A DNA stretch of 64,000 bases, from the IMG/VR virus record IMGVR_UViG_3300009993_000002, one strand, 5' to 3'. The notes under the pieces were generated by a model that searched no databases, was not told the DNA's origin, and was given only the letters and a program-made list of their open reading frames with translations. This stretch comes from an uncultured virus (IMG/VR IMGVR_UViG_3300009993_000002). Taxonomy: Duplodnaviria; Heunggongvirae; Uroviricota; Caudoviricetes. How positions within the stretch are numbered: the stretch's first letter is position 1; the number at the start of each line of letters is the position of its first letter. Below, piece after piece: positions 27,418-36,486 of the stretch. The position numbers were made by a program, and so were the translations under genes.

Positions 27418-28113
27418 TCAGTCCTCGAAGCTGAAGTCCTCGTCGCCCTGCGGGACGTCGGCCTGGAACTTCGCCCGGTCCTCGTCGGTCGCCCGGCGGA
27501 CGGTGAGCGTCGGGCCGTTGTCCTTCATGCAGGCGGCCAGCTTCTCGGGCTCGTTCTCGAAGATCTTCCGGGCCATCGTGGCGTCGGGCTTCGGCAGGAG
27601 GATGCGCTGGTAGTCGACCGGGTTGAGGTTGCGCGCGGCCAGCTTGCCGTCGAACTTCTCGCCGGAGGTGAAGACGAGCGCGATGTCGTCCTTGATGTCG
27701 AGCCCGAGCTTGCCGTTCCGGCGGGCCTTGGCGATGACCTTGGCGCGGTCGGCAAGGTCAGCCGCGTCCTTCTTGATGCGCTCCTGCTCCAGGATGAACG
27801 CGGCCAGGGCCTCGTCGTCCAGGGTGTCGATGCTGTCGATGTCCACGGTGCTCCAGTCGGTCTTCGGCGCCTTCACGGCGTGGGGGTGGTCCTCCGGGAG
27901 CGCCGTCAGCGGCACGTAACCGGAGGCGTGGGGCTGGCCGTCGCGGGCCAGGTAGTCCTCGTGGAAGGCTGCGGCCCGGGTGGACCGGCTGCGGCCGATC
28001 ACGCCGTCCTTGACGGTGGCGATCGAGGTGTTGCGCCCGTCGGTCCCCAGGACGGTGACGATCGTGTTCGTCCGGATGTTCAGGTGCAGGTTCTTCACGT
28101 CGGTGCTGCTCAT
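27418..28113 (-). CDS. Hypothetical protein
   Basis: GC3-biased ORF with GGAG RBS upstream. Confidence 0.55.
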   Translation of the reverse strand: MSSTDVKNLHLNIRTNTIVTVLGTDGRNTSIATVKDGVIGRSRSTRAAAFHEDYLARDGQPHASGYVPLTALPEDHPHAVKAPKTDWSTVDIDSIDTLDDEALAAFILEQERIKKDAADLADRAKVIAKARRNGKLGLDIKDDIALVFTSGEKFDGKLAARNLNPVDYQRILLPKPDATMARKIFENEPEKLAACMKDNGPTLTVRRATDEDRAKFQADVPQGDEDFSFED

Positions 28114-28199
28114 CACGTGTTCATCTCCCATCCGAAGCCCCGTGTCCCCGGGGCTTGTGAGTACTACTCTATCAGAACCTTGAGGTTTGCCTGCAAGGT

Positions 28200-28709
28200 T
28201 TACAGCGGCTGATTTTCCGGCCCCTGGTTCTCGCTGAGTTCGAAGGAGATCTTCCATCCGAGGATTCGCAGGGCGGCCTGGATGGTTCCGATCGGGTGGT
28301 CGGCGATGTGCCGGGCGAGCGCGTCGGCCGACGGGTTGTCGGGCTCCTCCGTGTTCAGTTCGAACCTACGCCACGCCTCTGACATCGCCCTGTCGGCGCC
28401 CTCCTGGAAGGCGCGGTCCAGGATGTCGGCCAAGTGGCCGTGGGTGGCGTTCAGGGCCGCCGTCAGGCGCCGCTTGGCCTCTCCTTCGGTCATGTAGCCC
28501 GGCAGTCCGGGGAAGGCCGCGTCGTACGCCGCGTTGATGATGGAGGCAGGCAGTGCGCTGGCCTTGGAGCCGACCGGGACGATGGCGGCGATGGCCTTGC
28601 CGTGCCGGGTCAGATAGGAGATCTTTCCGTCACCGTGCGCCTCGTCGGCCAGCTTGCCCAGCTTGGCCCTCGCGTTCTCCAGCGACACGTACTCGGGCTT
28701 GCTGCTCAT
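28200..28709 (-). CDS. Protein with N-terminal Phd/YefM antitoxin-like domain
   Basis: 'VSLENARAKLGKLADEA...YLTRHGKAIAAIVPV'. Confidence 0.7.
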   Translation of the reverse strand: MSSKPEYVSLENARAKLGKLADEAHGDGKISYLTRHGKAIAAIVPVGSKASALPASIINAAYDAAFPGLPGYMTEGEAKRRLTAALNATHGHLADILDRAFQEGADRAMSEAWRRFELNTEEPDNPSADALARHIADHPIGTIQAALRILGWKISFELSENQGPENQPL

Positions 28710-29260
28710 CGTTCCTCCACGGTGGCGGCCCAGTCGGCGAGGGCCTTGAAGTCGGGTTCGAGCAGCCCCAGGCGGGGGCTGACGTGGTGCAGGAGGGCCG
28801 GGCCCGGGTGGTTGGCCGCGACATACTCACGGTCGGCCTGGGTGATCTCATCGTCGATCCAGGCGAACGGACGGCCCCCGGCGTAGGTGACGAGCAGCGG
28901 CGTTTTCCAGTACACGCCACTGCTGCGCTCGGGCTTCTCGGGCGTCTTGCTCTGGGCCCAGAAGTTCACGTACTCCAGCTCGGGCAGGCCGACGGCCGGA
29001 CCGATTAGGCGGTTCGCCTCCGGGCCCCAGGTGCTGGCCCAGACGAGATCGAAGGCATCGGCCAGCACGAGCAGGTCGGCGCCATGAGACTCCTTCAGCC
29101 AGACGCGGAGCGGCTTGCGGGACAGGCTGGTCCACGGCTGCCCGTACTGGTCGACCGGGTCCATGCGGTGGGTGCTGTACCCCTCGGGGCGACGGTGCGG
29201 TTTGGCGGCCCACGGGTTGAGCGGGCCGTCCACATCGATCATGAGTAAGGGTTTCTGCAT
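28706..29260 (-). CDS. HAD phosphatase (Swiss-army-knife RNA-repair type)
   Basis: 'IDVDGPLN', 'VWASTW', 'WK', 'FAWIDD'. Confidence 0.85.
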   Translation of the reverse strand: MQKPLLMIDVDGPLNPWAAKPHRRPEGYSTHRMDPVDQYGQPWTSLSRKPLRVWLKESHGADLLVLADAFDLVWASTWGPEANRLIGPAVGLPELEYVNFWAQSKTPEKPERSSGVYWKTPLLVTYAGGRPFAWIDDEITQADREYVAANHPGPALLHHVSPRLGLLEPDFKALADWAATVEER

Positions 29261-29304
29261 GGTTCAACTGTAAGGTACTTACGGGGAAACCTCAAGGGAA
29301 AACA

Positions 29305-29335
29305 GCAGGGCCCCGAGGGGGAGACGGGGCCCTGT
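29305..29335 (-). terminator. Intrinsic terminator-like hairpin
   Basis: CAGGGCCCCG...CGGGGCCCTG followed by a T-run on the - strand. Confidence 0.6.
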
Positions 29336-29343
29336 TCCTGCGG

Positions 29344-29685
29344 TCACTCTGGCGGTTCGATGCCCAGCCTGGCGTAGACCTCCTCCATCGGAGGGGCCAG
29401 CCTCAGCTCGGGCCACTCCAGGCGCTCGCCGCCCTCGTGCTCGAACGGTGGCGGATCGCTCAGGTCGATCCGGGTCATGAAATGCTTGCCCTCCAGGGAC
29501 ATCACGTCCGTGGTGCCAGCCGCCTCCAGGAACGGCGCGGCATGGGTGAGTACCGCGCGCCGGAGGGACCACGAGGTGACGACCCAGACCTTGCGCGGGT
29601 CGTCGTCGCAGCAGTCCATCGCGTCGTGGTCGATCTCGGCTTTCAGGATGTACACCGGGGACGGCAGGTAGGAGTGCTCCTTCAT
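29344..29685 (-). CDS. Hypothetical protein
   Basis: Coupled overlap with the upstream ORF, AGGA RBS. Confidence 0.5.
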   Translation of the reverse strand: MKEHSYLPSPVYILKAEIDHDAMDCCDDDPRKVWVVTSWSLRRAVLTHAAPFLEAAGTTDVMSLEGKHFMTRIDLSDPPPFEHEGGERLEWPELRLAPPMEEVYARLGIEPPE

Positions 29686-29882
29686 GGGGCGTCCTTCCTG
29701 CCCGCGAGACGGGCCACGGTGCGCGCCTCGACAATCTCCTCCAGCTTGCCGATCAGATCCTTGACGTGATCCGCATCCCAGGCGGGCAGAAACACCAGGC
29801 TCTCCGAGATGTCGCGCCGGATCTCCCTGAGCCGCCGATCGGCTTCCTGGATGACCTCCTCGATGATATGAATCTCCGCCAT
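29682..29882 (-). CDS. Small hypothetical protein
   Basis: MAEIHIIEE..., GGAGG RBS. Confidence 0.5.
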   Translation of the reverse strand: MAEIHIIEEVIQEADRRLREIRRDISESLVFLPAWDADHVKDLIGKLEEIVEARTVARLAGRKDAP

Positions 29883-30508
29883 CAGTCCTCCAGCAGTTCG
29901 ACGCCACAGGCCACGCGTACGGCCCTGGAGTGCTCCAGCAGGAACTCGTGGACCGCGCGGTCCCACTGGGCGTCGTACAGGGCGTGGTGGGCCCTGGCGT
30001 CGTCCTTCGGCGGCAGGGCCAGGCCGTTGGGGAGTCGGCCGTCCTCGACCCGGGCGATGTCCTCCAGCGTGGCCAGGTCGTGGAAGGGACGCTTCGGCAC
30101 CGAAGAGGGCATCCGGCCGAACCAGTCGTTGTGGAAGAAGTTGTGGAGCCTCTGCATGTCCTGGGTGCCGTGGTCGGCGACGATGCCGATGTGCTTGCGG
30201 TAGTTCCGGCCGCCCGTTAGGAAGGTGAAGTACCGGGCGAACTCGACGGCCATCTGGTCGTACGGCACCACATGCTCGTCGCTCGGGTCGATCCGGCCGT
30301 CCTCCAGGAGCGGCAGCTTGCTCCAGATGTGCTCCTCGCGGAACGACGCGGAGCAGAAGTCCTTCCGGTCGGCCTCCTGGTTGACCAGGTACAGGCTGCC
30401 GGACCTGGAGTGGGCGGCGAACGAGACCAGTCCGCCGGGGGTGTGGTTGTCGGGGGTGAACTCCGCGTCGATGTACACGAACTCGAAGCCGGGAAGTGTT
30501 GCCCTCAT
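29882..30508 (-). CDS. DEDDh 3'-5' exoribonuclease (RNase AS/Rv2179c-like)
   Basis: 'YIDAEF', 'ADHGTQD', 'HHALYDA'. Confidence 0.8.
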   Translation of the reverse strand: MRATLPGFEFVYIDAEFTPDNHTPGGLVSFAAHSRSGSLYLVNQEADRKDFCSASFREEHIWSKLPLLEDGRIDPSDEHVVPYDQMAVEFARYFTFLTGGRNYRKHIGIVADHGTQDMQRLHNFFHNDWFGRMPSSVPKRPFHDLATLEDIARVEDGRLPNGLALPPKDDARAHHALYDAQWDRAVHEFLLEHSRAVRVACGVELLED

Positions 30509-30530
30509 ATGTTCCTTCTCTTTCCGTTGA

Positions 30531-30812
30531 TCATCGATTGATGCCACCGCCACAGAAGAGGCAATGGACGTTGCTGTCAGTGGGCTTGATCTCGAACACG
30601 CAGTTCCCGATCAGCGACCCGGGGCAGGCGTGGTGCGAGTCCAGCAAGGCGGCGCCGGGGCGCCCGATGAGAACAGCCAGCTCGCGCAGGAACTCGCCTT
30701 CGATCTGCTGGCGTTTCTGCGCGAGCTGGAAAATCTCCGCGTTGATCTCCGCGATCGTCGCCCGTTTGGACCACAGGGAGGCGAGCGACCTGTCCTGCCG
30801 GTCCGACGTCAC
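30531..30812 (-). CDS. Small hypothetical protein with Cys/His cluster
   Basis: C..S..G.C and CLFC motifs. Confidence 0.5.
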   Translation of the reverse strand: MTSDRQDRSLASLWSKRATIAEINAEIFQLAQKRQQIEGEFLRELAVLIGRPGAALLDSHHACPGSLIGNCVFEIKPTDSNVHCLFCGGGINR

Positions 30813-31174
30813 GTGAGCATCGGATCTTGCAGGTAGGCGCGAGCCGCAGCGATCACTTCACGGCCGTATCCCAGGCCGATCTCCGTGACCGGCGTGCCGT
30901 CCTTGGTCCTGCATGCGCTGTGGTTGTCGAGCAGCGGGTTCATGCCGATCATCCACGACATGGCGATCTCGGCACCCTCGACCTTCCGGATCATCTGGAA
31001 GACCTCATAGCCGATGCGCAGCTTCTCCTCTTCCGAGACGTCCGGAGGGCGCACCTGCCACCTCTTCACCGGGGCGGCGCCCGGCATGCCGCACATCTCC
31101 CCGACCAGGCCGGGGCCGAGCGAGTTCACCAGGCTGCGGACGATGACCTGGATTTCCAGCGGTTCCTGTTTCAT
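30809..31174 (-). CDS. Xre/MbcA/ParS-like antitoxin-type protein
   Basis: HTH-like N-terminus and 'AMSWMIGMNPLLD...TPV'. Confidence 0.6.
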   Translation of the reverse strand: MKQEPLEIQVIVRSLVNSLGPGLVGEMCGMPGAAPVKRWQVRPPDVSEEEKLRIGYEVFQMIRKVEGAEIAMSWMIGMNPLLDNHSACRTKDGTPVTEIGLGYGREVIAAARAYLQDPMLT

Positions 31175-31439
31175 GCCTCTCCCTGCGGGGGAGGAGACCC
31201 GTCCCCGCTGCTCATCACTTCCCATTGGTCTGGACTTCGGTCCGCATCCCAGGTGCTGTGCCATTCGGCCATCACCTCGGCCCGGCGCGCGGACCGGCTC
31301 GGCTTCGGGCTGACCCAGGGCATCCCCGGCCGATTGCGCCCGGGGCAGTGGACCGTCTGGTCTCCACGCCGGAAGGCGTGGCCGACGTGGTTGAACGGTT
31401 CCCACAGGTGGCACGGAATCCTGGGTGTCGGCTTCCCCA

Positions 31440-31865
31440 TCACTTCTCCTCGTCCCTCACCACGACGATATGGCGCCGGATCGTGCCGGACGACCGAACC
31501 ATCGTGTGACCGTCGCTGACCACCTTCCAGTCGTGTGTGACTCCGTGGCCGTGGTGCTTGCCCAGGCACGAGCATGTGCAGTCCCGGCTGCGTGCGTTCC
31601 GGCACCTTGCGTCACAGCGCTCGACCTGCCGGAAGTCCATGTAGACGTCGATCTTGCCCAGCCGGTTGGCCAACGCCTCCACGACTGGGCCGAAGTGGTT
31701 CCGGGCGATCTCCCAGCGTTTCTCCTCGCCGTTCCAGTCGGGCCGGATCCGGCTCCCCAGGACGGCCTTCAGCCACGCCCGGTTCGTCTTGGCGTAGGGC
31801 ATCTTGATGACCAACCGGCCTTCGACCGGGCGCCATACGCCGTACTGCGGCTTAGGCTGAAACAT
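31440..31865 (-). CDS. Hypothetical protein with zinc-binding motif
   Basis: 'CDARCRNA...CTCSCLGKHHG'. Confidence 0.55.
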   Translation of the reverse strand: MFQPKPQYGVWRPVEGRLVIKMPYAKTNRAWLKAVLGSRIRPDWNGEEKRWEIARNHFGPVVEALANRLGKIDVYMDFRQVERCDARCRNARSRDCTCSCLGKHHGHGVTHDWKVVSDGHTMVRSSGTIRRHIVVVRDEEK

Positions 31866-32172
31866 TTTTCGCCACCTTCCAGAAGGTCTTCGCCTTCCGG
31901 CGGGAGAGGTTGGGCCGCTGGCCTGCCACGGACTCGATCTGATACAGGTGCACTTCGCTGTGACCTGTCGTCGTCCAGGAGATGACCGCCTTCAGGTGCA
32001 CGTCATCCTTCTTGGCGGAGAGGCTGCCCCGAGCAGGACGCTCGGCCAGGGCCGGGAGTCCGGGCGGACCCTTGTAGGTCACCCGGAATCCCAGACCCAG
32101 CAGACCTGACGCCGTGTTCCAGAGCCGTTCAGGTACGTGCCTGCGTACCTGCTCTTCGCTCAGCAGCGCCAT
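31852..32172 (-). CDS. Hypothetical protein
   Basis: GGAGG RBS before ATG. Confidence 0.5.
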   Translation of the reverse strand: MALLSEEQVRRHVPERLWNTASGLLGLGFRVTYKGPPGLPALAERPARGSLSAKKDDVHLKAVISWTTTGHSEVHLYQIESVAGQRPNLSRRKAKTFWKVAKNVSA

Positions 32173-32173
32173 G

Positions 32174-32716
32174 TCACCTCCTCCAGCCCTCCTCCAGCAC
32201 CACGTAGGCGCCGGGGATCGCTTCGCCGAGCAGCCCCTTCTTCTTGCTCGACAGATGCACGCAGCGCGGGTTCCAGTCGCACCGGTAGGCGCGCTGGAGA
32301 CCGTCACTGCCCGCCTCCTTGGCGACCATCCGGGCGAACGCCTCGCCACGGACCAGGGACCGGTGGCGCTTCTTGTCGCACGGACAGTGCGTGGGCCGCG
32401 TGAAGTGCGATCCCTTGTTCAGGCCGTCGGCGCCGCTGGCGAGGAATCCGAAGAAGGCTTCCTGGTCGCACTCGACCCACTCCGGGATGCCGCGCTGAAG
32501 GACGTACATCTTCAGCAACAGCCGCCCGTCATCATCGAAACGGGCGGTGACCATGGCTTCGTCGAGACCTCGCGGGTTGGCCTTCCTTCCGTGGACGAAC
32601 TCCTGGAAAGTCTTCCGCTGGTAACCGGTCTCGACGCTCCAGCCGAGCTGGCCGAGTTCCATGATGGAGCCCGCCAGCTCGGCCTTCAGCCAGTCACGGT
32701 CCACCTCAGACGACAT
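32174..32716 (-). CDS. Hypothetical protein with C-terminal Cys/His motif
   Basis: 'CPC...RAYRC...HL'. Confidence 0.5.
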   Translation of the reverse strand: MSSEVDRDWLKAELAGSIMELGQLGWSVETGYQRKTFQEFVHGRKANPRGLDEAMVTARFDDDGRLLLKMYVLQRGIPEWVECDQEAFFGFLASGADGLNKGSHFTRPTHCPCDKKRHRSLVRGEAFARMVAKEAGSDGLQRAYRCDWNPRCVHLSSKKKGLLGEAIPGAYVVLEEGWRR

Positions 32717-34214
32717 CGGTCTTCGGGGTCGAGTAGCCGTCGATCCAGGCGAGACCACCACGGTCGAGGTGGCGGCGCGCACGGGTGACGGCGACGTAGT
32801 GCACCATCGCTTCGTACTTGTCGATCACGCCCACCTCCAGTTCCCGGGTGATCGGGTTGTCGAACGGCGGCGGCTCGAAGAAATCGTCGGCGATCTGAAC
32901 GCGGTCCCACTCCAGCCCCTTGATGCTGTGGCACGTGGTCACGGCGACGTCGTGGGGCCTGCGGTAGTCCGTCATCTTCTTGCACATGTCGATGAGCGGA
33001 CCGATCTTGTACGCGTTGATCATCTTGACCAGCGCCTTGAGGTGGCCGCCGCCCGGCTCATCCGTGAACTCGATGAAGGCGTTCCAGTCCTCAAACGCGC
33101 TCAGCTCCAGGTTCATCGGCCGCTTGCCCTGCATCAGGTCGCGGGCCGCGTACGCCAGGCTGAGGATCTGGTCGGTTCCCCTGACCATGGCGACCCGCTT
33201 ACCGGCGGCCAGGTAGCTGATCGCATGCTCCATGGCGCCAGCGTTGGTCCGTGCGAGGACGACCTGAGGGTCCTCCATGTCGTTCTGGGTGACCAGGTCA
33301 CGCACGTCGGGGTGACCCTTGATCGTGACGCCGGTCAGCGTGTGGGGGAGGTGCTTCATGGCCTCCTCGGCGACCGCGTTGCCGAACCGGAAGCTCTGCG
33401 TCAGGTACAGGCGCGGGGCGTCGTACCGCATGATCTGGTCGCTGGCCCCGCGCCAGGCGTACATCGTCTGGGCGGGGTCGCCGATCAGGATCCCCTGCGC
33501 CCCGCGCTGCGATGCGAGGAAGGCCATCGTGGCGTCGTTGCTGTCCTGCGCCTCGTCGATGATCACGACGTCGTAGCCGTAGTCGCGGTCCTCCTCGACG
33601 AGCAGCTTGAAGGCGTGCTGCATCGTGAAGCGGAGCTTCGAGTCCGGCATCATCGCCTGGTTCCACAGCGCCTGCGCGAGACGTGCGATGTACGCGCGAG
33701 CCGCGTCGATGGACACCTGGTCGGCCCCGGCGATCACCAGTCGGACGTCCTGCATGGTGATTCGCTGGCGGTTGGAGTTCGCGAAGTGGTCGATCGCTTC
33801 GCTGGCCAGGCGAGCCTGCTGGAACCCGTCGAGGACGACGTTGTTGCCGAAGTCCTTGGGCTGGAGGTTCATCACCTTGGCCACCTCGCGCGCCGGAACC
33901 GCCTTGGCCCCGGGCTTCATGCGCTCCTGGTAGCGCTCGCCTGCGCCGTCGGGCAGGTAGGCGAACTTGCGCCAGCCCAGAGCGCTGGTGGTGCGCACGT
34001 CGACCCAGGTGAGTCCGGCCTTGTTGAACTTGGCCTCGGCGTCCTTCTTCGCCTGCGAGTTGTAGACCAGGTAGAGGACCCGCTTGCCCCGGAGTTCCTG
34101 GGCGATCTTGCGAGCGGTCTCACTCTTGCCGGATCCTGCGGGTGCTACAAGCGCGAACGGGCTCCCCTTGGCGGCGAGGTCGATCGCTTCCTGCTGCTCC
34201 TCCGTGGGCTTCAC
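32706..34214 (-). CDS. UvrD/REP-like SF1 helicase
   Basis: 'APAGSGKS', 'IDEAQD', 'GDPAQ', 'LTQSFRF', 'HSIKGLEW', 'YVAVTRAR'. Confidence 0.92.
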   Translation of the reverse strand: MKPTEEQQEAIDLAAKGSPFALVAPAGSGKSETARKIAQELRGKRVLYLVYNSQAKKDAEAKFNKAGLTWVDVRTTSALGWRKFAYLPDGAGERYQERMKPGAKAVPAREVAKVMNLQPKDFGNNVVLDGFQQARLASEAIDHFANSNRQRITMQDVRLVIAGADQVSIDAARAYIARLAQALWNQAMMPDSKLRFTMQHAFKLLVEEDRDYGYDVVIIDEAQDSNDATMAFLASQRGAQGILIGDPAQTMYAWRGASDQIMRYDAPRLYLTQSFRFGNAVAEEAMKHLPHTLTGVTIKGHPDVRDLVTQNDMEDPQVVLARTNAGAMEHAISYLAAGKRVAMVRGTDQILSLAYAARDLMQGKRPMNLELSAFEDWNAFIEFTDEPGGGHLKALVKMINAYKIGPLIDMCKKMTDYRRPHDVAVTTCHSIKGLEWDRVQIADDFFEPPPFDNPITRELEVGVIDKYEAMVHYVAVTRARRHLDRGGLAWIDGYSTPKTDVV

Positions 34215-34222
34215 GGTTTCTC

Positions 34223-34495
34223 CTATTCCGTTTCATCCTCTTGGCCCGGAACGAAGTCGCCGGGCCACATGCCGAAGAAGTCGGCGAGCTGGTCCAGCTC
34301 ATCAGCATCCCACGTACCTGCCTTCAGCTTGCGAGGCATGTACTCCGGTGTGACGCCGAGATGAGCTGCCAGCTCATTCAGTTTCTTTGTGTACACCTTG
34401 CGGACCGTGCTTCCGGCGAGACCGTCTCGGTCCTCGCTGACCTGGATCGCCAGCAGGTTTTCGACGGTCTGGCTGATGGTCGCGCCCGTGGTCAT
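34223..34495 (-). CDS. HTH DNA-binding protein (XRE/BetR-like)
   Basis: 'ELAAHLGVT...WDADELDQLADFFG'. Confidence 0.7.
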   Translation of the reverse strand: MTTGATISQTVENLLAIQVSEDRDGLAGSTVRKVYTKKLNELAAHLGVTPEYMPRKLKAGTWDADELDQLADFFGMWPGDFVPGQEDETE

Positions 34496-34576
34496 CACAG
34501 TGGTACCTCCTCGTGAACTAGTCACTTAAAGATACCTGCGTTTTCCTCTCTTCTGCGATTCTATCACCGAGAGAGG

Positions 34577-35140
34577 TCAACTGCCAAGCAGGGAACTGAG
34601 ATACGCACCCAACGTGGTGACATCCCCGTCGATGGCGATGGAGTAGTCGAGGAGCTGGTTCTCTTCGGCCTCGTCCATCAGGCGCCGCTTGTGGATCATC
34701 GCCTTGGCGACCTTGGCCCGGTTGATCAGGGAGTCCACCCGCTCCTTGCGCTGCTTCTCGATGAAGCGGCGAGCGTGTTCCTGCTTCTGCGGAACAGCCC
34801 CTCGCGCCACGAGGGGGATGACCTCCGCCTCCCGTTCGGGGGCTGCGTCTTCCGTCACCTGCTCGGCCGCCGGTTCGGCGGGGGGCTCAATGACGGCGGG
34901 GGTGACCGCAGGTGCGGGCGCCTCAGGCTCGGAGGGCGGTGCCGGGTCCGGGTCCGCCGTTGGCTCAACGGCCGCGCCGAAGCCGGGGCACAGGGCGAAC
35001 GCCGCATCCTTGCCGCCACGGATGTACGCCTCGACGACCTCCGTCATGGCGATGAAGTCGGCGGGCGGCGGCGGCACGGTGGACATCAGGGTGGCAGTCG
35101 CCTGCGCTGCGGCAGCACGGATCTGCTGTTCTGGATTCAC
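34577..35140 (-). CDS. Hypothetical protein with Pro/Ala/Glu linker
   Basis: RBS before GTG; low-complexity central linker. Confidence 0.55.
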   Translation of the reverse strand: MNPEQQIRAAAAQATATLMSTVPPPPADFIAMTEVVEAYIRGGKDAAFALCPGFGAAVEPTADPDPAPPSEPEAPAPAVTPAVIEPPAEPAAEQVTEDAAPEREAEVIPLVARGAVPQKQEHARRFIEKQRKERVDSLINRAKVAKAMIHKRRLMDEAEENQLLDYSIAIDGDVTTLGAYLSSLLGS

Positions 35141-35162
35141 GTCTTCACCTTTCCAGGCCCCG

Positions 35163-35288
35163 CTACTTCCAGCGGGGCCACTCCTGGTAGATCGCCAGGT
35201 GGCCGAGAATGAATAGAACGGAGAATATAACCGCCGCGACAACGGCGAACACCAGCTCCTTCACGACCCGCCTGGCGATCTCTTTCAC
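35163..35288 (-). CDS. Small membrane protein
   Basis: 41-aa ORF VKEIARRVVKELVFAVVAAVIFSVLFILG..., overlapping the upstream stop. Confidence 0.4.
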   Translation of the reverse strand: MKEIARRVVKELVFAVVAAVIFSVLFILGHLAIYQEWPRWK

Positions 35289-35470
35289 TGCTGGTACATC
35301 CGCTTCACGTCGTAGACGTCGTCGAGTCGGTAGCGAATCCCCTGGGCCGTACGTACGGGCCGGATCAGATTCTTCGCCAGAACGAGGCGAGCGCGGCGCT
35401 CCTTCATTCCCATGCGGGCGGCGGCCTCGGAAATGTCCACCAGGACATCGATGGGGGCAGGGTTCGTCAT
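35285..35470 (-). CDS. Small MerR/excisionase-like HTH protein
   Basis: 'VDISEAAARMG...RYRLDDV'. Confidence 0.6.
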   Translation of the reverse strand: MTNPAPIDVLVDISEAAARMGMKERRARLVLAKNLIRPVRTAQGIRYRLDDVYDVKRMYQQ

Positions 35471-35474
35471 GTGA

Positions 35475-35678
35475 TCACTCTGCCACGTTTTCCCCCGCGT
35501 TGACCAGCAGCTCATCCACCGCAGCCAGGGCAAAATTCCGCACGACATCCACCTCGTGCTTCAGGCCGAGGATCTTGCGGGCCCGCTCGATCCGCTGCTT
35601 CTCGGATTCCGTGAAGCGGGCGACGATTCGCTTGTCTCGCTTCTCGTCGCCCTGCTCCGACTTGGGGCGTCCGGACAT
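35475..35678 (-). CDS. MobC/MobA-like ribbon-helix-helix protein
   Basis: 'GRPK...RDKRIVARFTESEKQRIERA'. Confidence 0.6.
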   Translation of the reverse strand: MSGRPKSEQGDEKRDKRIVARFTESEKQRIERARKILGLKHEVDVVRNFALAAVDELLVNAGENVAE

Positions 35679-35685
35679 CAGGGCC

Positions 35686-35910
35686 TCACTCGGTGTAGTC
35701 GATGCCGGAAACGGCCCGGCTGCCCGGTCCGCTTGCCGTGGCACTGCCCGTGTTCTTGACGACGATCCGCTGGCCGCGCCGGGGCGGCGGTCCGACGTAG
35801 CCACTCACGGCCCTGCCGCCGTCGGCTTCCGTGACCGCCCCCGTGTTCTCGACGACCAGGGCCCCGCTCTCGCGGTTGAAGAACCGCGCGATGCGATCGA
35901 TGGCTCCCAT
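35686..35910 (-). CDS. Small protein with internal duplication
   Basis: Two copies of VV(E/K)NTG.(V/A)T...G.RAVSG. Confidence 0.5.
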   Translation of the reverse strand: MGAIDRIARFFNRESGALVVENTGAVTEADGGRAVSGYVGPPPRRGQRIVVKNTGSATASGPGSRAVSGIDYTE

Positions 35911-35963
35911 GAACTTCCCTTCCGTTTCGGTGAGTTCAGTCTATGGCAGCCATCTCGCTGGCG

Positions 35964-36386
35964 TCAATCCATCTCTCGGTACTGCTGGCCGGGAGAGGAC
36001 ATGAGGGCGAACACGACCGCGACACCGGCTATGGCCAGGTGCATCAGGTCGAACGTGAGGAAGGCGGTCACAGCGCTCAGACCAGCCACGATCCACATGC
36101 CGATGTACAGGCGGTAGTCGTGGATCTTGTGCTCGACGACCTCCTCGCGGATATACGGGGACTCCTGCTGGATCAGCTTGGTCCGCTCGTAGGCCATCAT
36201 CTGGGCCCGCTCGACCGCCTCGGGTCCGAAGGAATCGCCCTGGCCGACCGGCATGGTCGGCACGTCAGGGCGCGCGGGGGCCACGGGCGGCCGGAAGTCC
36301 ATCGTGGGCAGCTCGTCCTGGGTACGCGTGTACGCCAGGGTCCGGCGCGTCGTCGAGCCGTAGACCTCGTCCTTGTCGTACGTCAC
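35964..36386 (-). CDS. Membrane protein (2 TM)
   Basis: Two C-terminal hydrophobic segments. Confidence 0.55.
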   Translation of the reverse strand: MTYDKDEVYGSTTRRTLAYTRTQDELPTMDFRPPVAPARPDVPTMPVGQGDSFGPEAVERAQMMAYERTKLIQQESPYIREEVVEHKIHDYRLYIGMWIVAGLSAVTAFLTFDLMHLAIAGVAVVFALMSSPGQQYREMD

Positions 36387-36460
36387 CGGAATCGCATCAC
36401 CTTTCCCTCCACTTCCATATCTGATTGTGCGCTAGAACCAGGCCATTCGCCAAGAGCAGA

Positions 36461-36484
36461 AAAGCCCGGCCGGAGCCGGGCCTT
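36461..36484 (-). terminator. Intrinsic terminator
   Basis: GCCCGGC-CGGA-GCCGGGC with a T-run on the - strand. Confidence 0.6.
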
Positions 36485-36486
36485 CC

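Noticed and set aside
18612..27613. Long + strand ORFs opposite the replication genes
   Set aside because: Shadow frames of well-supported - strand genes
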